This document shows positions 54,672 to 64,000 of a DNA stretch of 64,000 nucleotides, one piece after another. The stretch covers positions 3,534,001 through 3,598,000 of the forward strand of contig SMSO01000034.1 of assembly GCA_004764695.1 (NCBI GenBank), read 5' to 3'. The position numbers and the translations under genes were made by a program. Origin of the DNA: Schizochytrium sp. TIO01 (lineage: Eukaryota > Protista > Bigyra: Labyrinthulomycetes). Position 1 is the first letter of the stretch. Each line of letters begins with the position of its first letter. Under the pieces are notes generated by a model, which was not told the origin of the DNA, searched no databases, and saw nothing but the letters and a program-made list of their open reading frames with translations.

Positions 54672-57600
54672 ATGTTGAACAACTCGAACTCCGGCGATAC
54701 ACCTGAAAATTCTGAGAGGGTTTGGACATCTTCACGCACTCTTCATTCCGATGAAGATGGCTCAGAAGATCTTGAGCTGGATGCTGGTGAATCTCTAGCA
54801 TCTGGCTCCTCGGTTTCAGAATTCTCTGATAGCATCCAAGGAGATGCACAGACGTTGAAACAGCTCGATAATAGCCTAGAATCCTGCAACATGGGTCCCC
54901 ACCGCAAATTTTCTGAGCAATTTCAACAAGACTCTCTTTCGTCTAACCCTGACCCTACGCCTTCGCCGATGCCAGTGTCTGGATACCAAAATTTGGACCA
55001 GCGATTTGACAATACCAAACGTGAATTTTCTGCTGTAGAGAGTGCTCAGATCCTCTCCAGTGTACGAGGTGAAAATTCTGGCCTGTGAGTGTTGCTTTTG
55101 AAAACCTGAGCTACTCAGTGATGCTGCCGAAAGGAGGAACGGAAATTTCAACTGTAGCTACAACATTTGCCAGGTTGTTTTCGCCAGTCATAAAGTTTTT
55201 AACTTGTAAGTGGGAGACCCGGTCTGAAGTGACTATCCTGCATCCAATGTCAGGCTGCTTTGAGGCTGGTAAGTCGACCCTTGTACTCGGTCCACCAGGC
55301 TGTGGCGTATCGAGTCTTTTCAAGGTTCTCTCGGGACGAGCGAAAACCCGTCGGGACTACAGGCTCCATGGGCAAATGTATTATTCAGGTTTTACTCCTG
55401 AACAAGTACATGTTTCCAAAGCTCGCCATGTATGTGGAGCAACTCGATCAGCACTTACCAGTCTTTACGGTTCAAGAGACCCTTGAGTTTGCCTACGCTT
55501 CATTTGGAGGCCCCACAACTGCAACTAAAGCTGTCGGTTTTAGCTCTACCTCTAAAGAATGGAATGAGCTGGTTCCCGAACAAGTAGCCTGGATGCACCA
55601 ACACTTCGAGGAATACCCTGATTTTATCATACACAACCTCGGATTAGATCGAGCAAAGGACACCATCATTGGTAACGCCATGCTTCGTGGAGTTTCAGGA
55701 GGTGAAAAACGACGAGTTACATCAGCGGAAATCCTTATGTCTCGTCACCCAGTAACCTTCTACGACCAGATATCCACGGGTTTAGATAGCGCTGCAACTT
55801 TCGATGTTTGCCGAAGAATTACTAGCGTGGCCCAGAATCTGAGCCTCACTCCGGTGATTGCGCTGTTGCAACCTCCTCCAGAGGTATACAATCTCTTTGA
55901 CGAGATTTTAATCCTTGCCCAGGGCTACGTTATTTACCATGGGCCGCGTGAAAACGTGCTTATTTACTTTACAAGCATTGGCTTTGATTGTCCATTTGAT
56001 CGTGACATTGCGGATTTCATACAAGAGGTCGCAACAACGGCTCGGGTACGCTTTCAAACTCGTTTTGATGCACCTCGTGATGATAAAGAAATGGCACAAG
56101 CTTGGGAGCGCTCGCCTTTTTCCCAAGCTAAACGGGACACCACTAGAGCACTTTGCAACCCTGAGGCAAAGATGGACAGCCCTCTACGGCGTGAACTATA
56201 TGCTCGAAATCAGCCTCGGTACGCGAATACCTACTGCAGGGACTTCACGCTAGTACTCAATCGTCAATGGCAACTCATTCTGAGGGATCCTTCTTTTTTT
56301 CGCGCACGCTTGATGCAAGCTACAGTCATGGGAGTCGTTATTGGAACCATTTTTCTCAAACTAGATCCTAATCTTCCAAACGGCGATGGGTCAACATTTG
56401 ACTATACTCCAATCACACAGCGTTATGGTGTCATTTTCTCGACGCTCATGCAATGTGCTCTTGCAGGCATGGCGCAAGTTCCGGTGGTGCTTGCTCAGCG
56501 CCCTGTGTACTACAAGCAAAGTAGTTCTCACTTTTTCCGCACAATAAACTATGTGCTTGCTCAGCTCATTTCGACAATCCCAGTGGTAATTGTTGAATCA
56601 ATCATTATGGCTTCCCTCATCTTTTGGATTACAGAGATTGTACCATGGGACAACAATGCCCCTACTGGCGCAAACGATGTTGCTGGTTGCTTCATGACTT
56701 TTCTATGCATCATGATTGCTCTCAACCTTTCATTTGCAGCTTACTTACGAGCAATTGCCACATTCGTGCCTACGCCAGGCGTCGGGCAAGTCTTCGCTGG
56801 TCTATCGCTTGCTGGATGCGTTGTCTTTAGTGGATTCATTATTACGCCGAGTGCGATGCCGCCTTGGTTTATCTGGATCTATTGGCTCTCACCAATTGCA
56901 TGGGCCTATCGGTCAGCAGTTCTTACAGTATTTACATCAGCAGCCTTTCAACAAGATCAACAGGCGTTTGCTCTCGAGCTCTTTGCGTTTCCTACAAATC
57001 CTCAGTATATTTGGGCTGGTGTTTTGGTGCTCATGGGATACCTAGTGCTAAATATTTTTCTAGGATATTTGGGCTACACTTCCATGCGCTACGAAAGTAT
57101 TGGCTCAAAACAAGCTCCACCAAGTCAGAATGCAGAAGTCGAGGAAATTACACGTATCATAAAAGAGCGAAGCTCGTCTCGTATCATTAGCCATGGATTG
57201 GCCCGAGCTGACTCTCAATATATTGTTGATGAGCAAACGCTTTCTTCACGGATGCTTAACACACCGATGTGCGCTTGTAAAAACCGGCAAGGCACAGATA
57301 TTGAACTCCGGGTTGCAACCTCTCTGCAGAATGAAAACTTCACTCCGTGTGATATGGTTTTTCGTAACTTGCAATATTCTGTGCAGGGGCCCAATGACAA
57401 ACGAGGACAGTACTCTATTGAGCTGCTTAAAGGAATCACAGGATTTGCAGAGGCTGGCACTCTGACTGCTTTGATGGGAAGCTCTGGAGCTGGGAAGACT
57501 ACTCTTCTAGATGTGCTCGCTATGCGAAAGACTAGTGGTAAGATCACTGGTGAAGTCCTAGTAAACGGTCGTCAGCAAGACAAAACAACATTTTCTCGGA

Positions 57601-59174
57601 TTGTCGGCTACGTCGAGCAAAACGACATTCACAGTCCTTTGGCCACAGTAGAAGAAGCGTTCTTATTCTCTGCTGTTTTGCGTCAAGCAGCTGACATACC
57701 TCGTAAGGAGAAAGAGAACTTCGTGGAAGGTGTCATTGATACATTAAATCTTGGTGCTATTCGTAACTATATCATTGGATCTAAAACCTCAGGAGGGCTT
57801 TCAACAGAACAAGCAAAGCGTGTCACTATTGGCGTTGAGCTTTCTGCTAACCCTGCTATCATCTTTGCTGATGAACCAACATCGGGTCTTGATGCCAACT
57901 CTGCTCGCATCGTAATGATCGGGCTCGAGAGGATTGCTCGTGCTGGGCGTACCGTTATCTGTACAATTCACCAGCCGTCCAAGGATATATTTTTCAAGTT
58001 TGATAGACTTCTTCTTCTCAAACGGGGTGGTGAGACAGTGTTTTTCGGAAATCTTGGTGAAAAAGCGGAACATCTCCTGACCTATCTCGCAAGCATCCCA
58101 GGTACACCACGCATGCCGAGTCCTCGGTATAACCCAGCAACATATATGCTCGAGGTCATTGGCGCTGGAGCTGTTGAGAAGGAAGGAGTAGACTATGCTG
58201 AATTATATCGTGAGAGCAATTTGTGCGCTAGTAATGTTGAAAATCTTGAAAGAATTGTTCGCACTAATATTGAGGATCGTCCTGAAATTTACTTTGAGCA
58301 TTCCTATGCGAGCACCTTTTCAGAACAACAGGAATTACTTCTGAAACGATGGGTAAATGCCTATTGGCGGAACTCTTCATACAATGTTGCACGTTTGATT
58401 GTGGCAATTTTAATTGCTCTATTTTTCGGTCTATCCTTTCTGCAAAAGGCATCCTTACTTGAGAATACTCAAGATGTACAAAGCGTTTGTGGTCTGACAT
58501 TTTCCTGTGCATCTTTTCTTTGCGTTATTTCTATGAACACTGCTATACCAGTCGTGATGGACGAGCGTACTCCATTTTATCGTGAACGTGCTGCTCGTTA
58601 TTATGGTGTAGCTCCGATGGTTATTGCGATCACTTCTGTTGAAGGTCCCTGGGTGATAGCAACATGCCTTATATACGTGCCAGTGTTCTACTTCCTAGTT
58701 CACTTCTGGGTCAACGCAAGTGTTTTTTTCCTGTGGCTTGGTGTTTACACCACGTTCCTTATGACAATGACCTTCTGGGGGCACTTTTTAGGTAGCGTTG
58801 CTCCTAATCAGCAAGTAGCAAGCATTTTAGGAGCTTTGTCCTTTGGTCTTTGGGTGCAGACAACGGGTCTTGTTATTGCCATTCGTGATATTCCTATTTT
58901 CTGGTACTGGCTGAGCTGCATTAACCCTTTGCGATATATGTTCAATGCTTTAATTGTCATTCAACTCGCTTGCGATGACCCCGTGGGGAGTGCAGACTCT
59001 CCGGGTTGTATTGAAGTGTCAGAAGGAATGACTGCATGGAATTATGTACAGAGTAATTTCGGGTTCAAATCAGACGATTGGAAGTTTTGTTTTGCTTCAC
59101 TGGCGGGCTTTTGTGTGGGTTTTCGCATACTCAGCATCCTTGCTTATAGCTTCGTTTCCTATCTTAAGCGATAA
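54672..59174 (+). CDS. Full-size ABCG/PDR transporter (NBD-TMD-NBD-TMD), split in this sequence by two compensating 1-nt frameshifts (sequencing errors or recent pseudogene)
   Basis: Three track ORFs (54582, 55085, 55260) join into one PDR: NBD1 LVLGPPGCGVSS, RGVSGGEKRRVT, DQISTGLDS, ALLQP; NBD2 ALMGSSGAGKTT, GLSTEQAKR, DEPTSGLD, CTIHQPS. Breaks fall in A-runs at ~55072-55075 and ~55418-55420. Confidence 0.88.
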
Positions 59175-60739
59175 ATTTTATAGCATATATAGTTATTTAT
59201 AGCATATCTCGCAGCAGCAATAATATGAAGCTCCATATTCCCAGATACAATTAATCCTGAGTTATCTCTTTGATTTTCTACACAAGGCATCGGCAATCGA
59301 CATCGAATCCCAAAACTTTTAAAATAGATATTACACCCAAGAATTTTTTTTGGGCTATCTTAAAGAGATAATCAGCTAAATTTGTCTACTTAATTATGCT
59401 ATGTTACATACAAATTTGCCACAGAGTGGACAAAAAAGTACCCTCTAATGATACCAAGTAAAAAGAAATGGCCATACAGTCTACCTACACAAGCAAACAG
59501 ATAAAGTAGGTTAGTGCATCAGGCCAAGATCCGAAGAAGTTGATGTGACTGAGGTTCGAATGTTTCTCTCCATTGATCCAAGTTGGTAAATCTATATAAT
59601 GCATGGTTTCCCCTGAATGCGTAAAACTAGACACTAGCAGAGAGAAACTTTTGAAGCAAGCAACAGCCTTAATATTCGGCCGATGGATGTAACATAAAGT
59701 AAAACTCCTGAGTGGATAATTGAGTCTTACATTAAACCATACGACGCAAAGAAAGAGAAACAGGATAAGAAGGAGAATACGAAGAAGAAGAAAAAGGAAA
59801 GGAAAAACTCGTCACCGCCATCACCACCATCACCAAAGCTTCCCAAATGGAAAAGAAAAGACAAATAAAAAGAACCCATTGATGATTCCACAAGTTCATT
59901 TGAAACTTCTTTCCTTTGGATAATGCCAAAAAAAAGAACCCAAACTTTTTCATCCACAACGAAATGAATATGAAAACCAAATTGTACTACCACTCAAAAC
60001 CACTCCATTGAAAATCCCAGGATAACTCCTGGATCGCATTGTTGTCAAGTCCCCACCTAAAATATAGGCTCATGAAGCCACGAGGAATATAATGCACACT
60101 CATCAGAAAGAGATAAGGTATGAATGTATGATGGCCATCCTGAGAGAAACGCCGCAGTACGAAGCCCAGCGGGAAAGCACGGAAGAGAGAAATAGAGAAA
60201 ACGAAAATAAAGCCAAATGAAATGAAGTCAACGCAAGTGCCAGAACAACCTTGCCGAAAGAATGAGAAAGAAATGTCTCTATTGTCTTGAAAAGGAAGGA
60301 TATATAGAAAAGGGAGATGATACCTAGAAGGGAAGAGTGAAAAAGACGCAGTCGAAGAGAGAGGTAGCTTCAAGATGCTCGAGGGGGGATAGTGTGTGAA
60401 GGTATATCTTGAACTGCAAGATGATGCCCCAAATTGAACCAACATGATGCAGCAGTGGGCTCTCATCAGTTGTAGGCCATAACGCTGACGATAAATGATG
60501 GTAATTCTCAAGATTTATGGCGCCCTGAGAGAAATGGGGAAGAAAGTGTCTTTTAGCATTGCTGTCGTCATATTGCACTCCTTTACGGTGTGAGATAATC
60601 TCGAGGGTTTTGTTTTGCTTTGCGTTGCATTAAAATTATCCCCGCGAGTAAGGGACGTCAAGTATAGCTTCTGTTTAAATGTAGACACATTCGATTCTGC
60701 GACCGAAGAAAAATGTATCCAGGTTCCTTTGCAATTGAT

Positions 60740-61819
60740 TTACTTATCTTCGGTAGCCTTGTCTGCGTGGTCCTTAGGGGGGGAGTCACTGTTACTGTGG
60801 TCAGCAGGGCGGTCTTCGGAACGGTCATCGCGCGTCTCTCCGCGTCGATCATAGCGTTCCTCGCGTCTGTCATCGCGCCTGTCGCGGTCGTCCCTACGGT
60901 CTCTCTCGTCCCTGCGATCCTCACGCCTGTCGTCGCGCCTGTCGCGGTCATCCCTACGACCTCTGTCGTCACGCCGGTCTCTGTCATCGCGGTCATATCT
61001 GTCTCTGCGATCACGGTCATCCCTACGGTCGCGCCTTCTGTCGCGTCTCGGGCTGTGAGATCTCGACCGCGACCGCGAAGGCGATCTTCTGTACCTCGGG
61101 GAGGGGCTTCTCGACGGACTTCTCGAGTAGGACCGGCGTCTTGGCGAGCGAGATCTGCGCCTCGGCGAGCGCGAGCGCGAGCGAGAACGAGATCTGCTGT
61201 GCCTCTTGGGAGACCGAGATCTTGACCTCGAACTGCGTCCCCGCGGGGAACCTCCACGGCGCCTGCCTCTCATGCGGGACTCCTCGTCCACGCGGATGTG
61301 GTAATTACCCATGGAGTAGCCCTCAAGTTCGTCCAAGGCGCGCTCCATATCGTCCCGGTTCGAGTACTCAATGAGACCAGTTCCATCACGCTCCACCTTG
61401 GTGAAGTTCACGTCTCCGGCCTTCCTGGCAACGTCCTTCAGGTCCTGCCACGAAGCCCGCGGGGGGAGGTTGGTCACCACGAGGCGGAATTCGGTGCGCC
61501 GGGAGCCAGGGCCATCCCCGGAGCGAGCGCCGCGGGGTGCACGCTCGCTAGGGGGAGGACCGCGCTCACGAGGACCGCCACGATTGGTGGAGACCTCAAC
61601 CTTGAGGCGACGGCCAAGGTACTCGCTGCCGTCGCACGCACGAATGGCAGCATCAGCGTCTTCCGGTACCATGGTGACAAAACCGAAGCCACCAGGGTGA
61701 CGGGCGAGCCACACACCGGTCACACGGCCGTGCTTTCCAAAGTACTCTTCGAGGTCATTCTCACGAGCGTCGTAGGAAAGGTTTCCCACGTAGATCTTCG
61801 TGCCTTCAGGAGCAGACAT
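60740..61819 (-). CDS. SR splicing factor (two RRMs, SRSF1/4/5/6-like) with an RS domain and RD-repeat tail
   Basis: RRM1 IYVGNL...GFGFVTM; pseudo-RRM with the invariant SWQDLKD; RS/SP dipeptide region; RDDRDRR repeats. Confidence 0.95.
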   Translation of the reverse strand: MSAPEGTKIYVGNLSYDARENDLEEYFGKHGRVTGVWLARHPGGFGFVTMVPEDADAAIRACDGSEYLGRRLKVEVSTNRGGPRERGPPPSERAPRGARSGDGPGSRRTEFRLVVTNLPPRASWQDLKDVARKAGDVNFTKVERDGTGLIEYSNRDDMERALDELEGYSMGNYHIRVDEESRMRGRRRGGSPRGRSSRSRSRSPKRHSRSRSRSRSRSPRRRSRSPRRRSYSRSPSRSPSPRYRRSPSRSRSRSHSPRRDRRRDRRDDRDRRDRYDRDDRDRRDDRGRRDDRDRRDDRREDRRDERDRRDDRDRRDDRREERYDRRGETRDDRSEDRPADHSNSDSPPKDHADKATEDK

Positions 61820-62048
61820 GGTATGTATGTGCTTCTTGGACGGACGGCTTCAAAGTCGTCGGCCGTTCGAAGCTCCAGCCAATTTAATCCAACCAACCAG
61901 CGGTTCTTCGTGGATCCCTCGCCGCAACGGCTGGCCGCTACGGGTGATCCGGAGGATCAGGCTCCGGTACGCTACACTTCCACGCAGGCGGGCGTGGGCG
62001 CAAGCGGCGGTCTTGTCTCGCGCAGTCGTCGCGAGGCTGATTTGCTTC

Positions 62049-62068
62049 GCTCTCTCTCTCTCTCTCTC
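62049..62068. repeat. (CT)n microsatellite upstream of the SR gene
   Basis: Directly visible ctctctctctctctctct. Confidence 0.75.
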
Positions 62069-64000
62069 TTTGGCTGTTGCTTCGATAGATAATCTGCCTT
62101 CGGTTGCTCCTATGCAGCCTCCTAAGCTTTACCCATAGCAGTATTCCCTCTAGGATGAGGTGGCGCTAGGGCTTCACCTACCGAAAACAGTAGGGGTGCG
62201 ACTAGCGAAATAACGAGAGAAAATCGATACTTGTAGACCGAGAAGCCTGAGGCCTCATCTGCGACAGGCCTGGCGAGAGGCTGGCCGGTGCGTGCGACCT
62301 GCTGCTGCTGCATGCGCCCGGAACGAACCTCTTGGGCTTGATTGAAGCGCCGCGAGGTCTGGGGCCGGCCGAGCTTGGCGCAAGACCGCTGCTGCTATGG
62401 GAAATCAGAGGCTGGCAGTAGGTCCCGAAATCCAGGACATGGACAAAGGTCTGCGGGGGTTAGTCCACGTAGCGCTGATAAGGGCACGATGACTTGCTTG
62501 CTTACTTCTAAGAATGCCACTGTGACGAAAGCAGAAGAAGCCAGGCTCTTGCTTGAGTTGGATTGGAAGGGGGGCAAGTGCAGGGCGGGAGAAAGAAACT
62601 GCTTTGTGTACCGGGTCACTTCACTTCACTCACTCAAGATTGCCCGTTATTGTAAAAGGGTCACAGACAGCTCAGTTTCACAAGCTTGAAGAACCCTGGG
62701 AAAGCGAGCCTTTGTTATAGTTTACAGAGGCGACTAGATGTAAAGGAAAGGAAGTGGACCCAGAGGCAGAAAGCTTGAAGAGTACAATGCAGACCGTGAC
62801 TCGTCGACACAAGTCATTAGTGGGGGTAGTCTCGTAGTCTCGCACAAAGCTGTAAAGTTGGAATTAACAGGACTCTAGAGCAGTATTTGGCTGAAAATTT
62901 AATCAACAGACCCAGCAAAGTTCAGACTATCCGAAAGGTCAAACTAATTACAGGCGAAGTATTTTGCGTAGCTTGCGACGTATCATACCTGCCAGAAAAG
63001 GGGTTTCTTTGTCATTTCTATTTTGATCGAAGTACTCTCTATTGCAATTGAACTTCATCTCGTCTGAACGTTGCAACGATGACAACAATAATACCAAGAA
63101 GCGTTCTAGGCTGCACAGGCCGCTGTACCTTTTACAATAAGACTCAACCACCTGCCATGTTATTAACTGCAAGTCATGTGCTAGTATGAGGACAGAGCGA
63201 AACCTGTTTGTCCTTTCGTCAAGAATCCTTATAGCTAGCAGTCTCTGGGACTTGAGGAAAGACCCGACGCAACATATACGAACCATGTTCTGCGGGTCAC
63301 TCTCTCGCATCCTTTCTTCTTTTAACAGCCACTGATATTCACTGGCCTGTACACGACGTAATGCTTCACTGCCTATGTTTATGCTTCTGCATTAACTTCC
63401 CTTCCATCTAATCTGAATTCATCTAAAACTTATGAGCTCGAGCGAATTGGAGGATCTCACGGAATTTTCCCAGGGTCACGGTCGACCCACACTCGTTTAG
63501 GTTCTTACAGTTCTGCCTATCAAATGGGATAAGTACTACCACCTACTAGCTTTGCACTACGTGAGTACAACCATGCGTCAAAAAGCGAGATTACTACTTT
63601 GAAAAATCAAGCAGAATTCGATTGGAGGACCTAACCTCGGTCAATGCACAGGCGCTTCAATGGCGATCTTTGGCATACCATAGTATCTGCGACGACTCCG
63701 TTTGCTGCAACCTGGGAGGAAGAAGACGAGAAGCTGCTTTCTAAGATGCCGAAGTAAAAGGAATGGGATTCAGAACCAGGGCTTTTGTTTCACATGAGAA
63801 GAATTGCTGATTGCTTATGATGATTTAGGTGGAGGATAATGTAATGTCAAGCTTCTGTACAGATTTCATTGCCACTCTAGCTCATCACCCACCTTCCTCT
63901 GACGCAAACAGGGCAGTCTGGGACTAAGTTCGCTTTGGAGAAGGTGTCCACCAAGGACTACTACCACAGGATGGGGGTCTGCACGTGCGGCTAGAAACAA

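Noticed and set aside
60455-60475. CTGATGAG on the minus strand (hammerhead core / C-box-like)
   Set aside because: No correctly placed GAAA and stems, and no D-box with terminal stem found.
62948-63310. 120-aa ATG ORF
   Set aside because: No recognisable domain or coding-type composition; cannot be supported without expression data.

Overview
Eukaryotic, gene-dense and intron-poor nuclear DNA: about 17 long, apparently single-exon CDSs separated by 0.4-5 kb AT-richer spacers. The gene content suggests a stramenopile protist, most plausibly a thraustochytrid/labyrinthulomycete (inference): CxxxxC-type thioredoxin reductase, plasmepsin-V-like protease, CCDC53-like repeats, PT-repeat Ser-rich protein. 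Genes in order: end of a poly-Ser protein; NEK kinase with RCC1 and CAP-Gly; DUS2; cytosolic CysRS; two divergent coiled-coil proteins; small acylated protein; PDZ/Pro-rich/WH2-VCA actin nucleation factor; mitochondrial-type TrxR; phosphate-translocator/pyruvyltransferase/GT32-like fusion; gamma-SNAP; TcdA with a DUF2470-like domain; aspartic pseudoprotease; TBC Rab-GAP; Serinc; PIG3-like quinone oxidoreductase; PDR/ABCG transporter with two compensating frameshifts; SR splicing factor. No rRNA, tRNA, CRISPR or intact mobile element was recognised. The best candidate for a new system is the 30.6-34.7 kb gene. It appears to join a TPT/PPT-family (putative PEP/Pi) antiporter, through an extra TM helix, to a lumenal polysaccharide pyruvyltransferase flanked by two degenerate GT32-like domains, which would make it a one-polypeptide glycan pyruvylation machine. 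All domain calls come from motifs recognised by eye; no searches were run.
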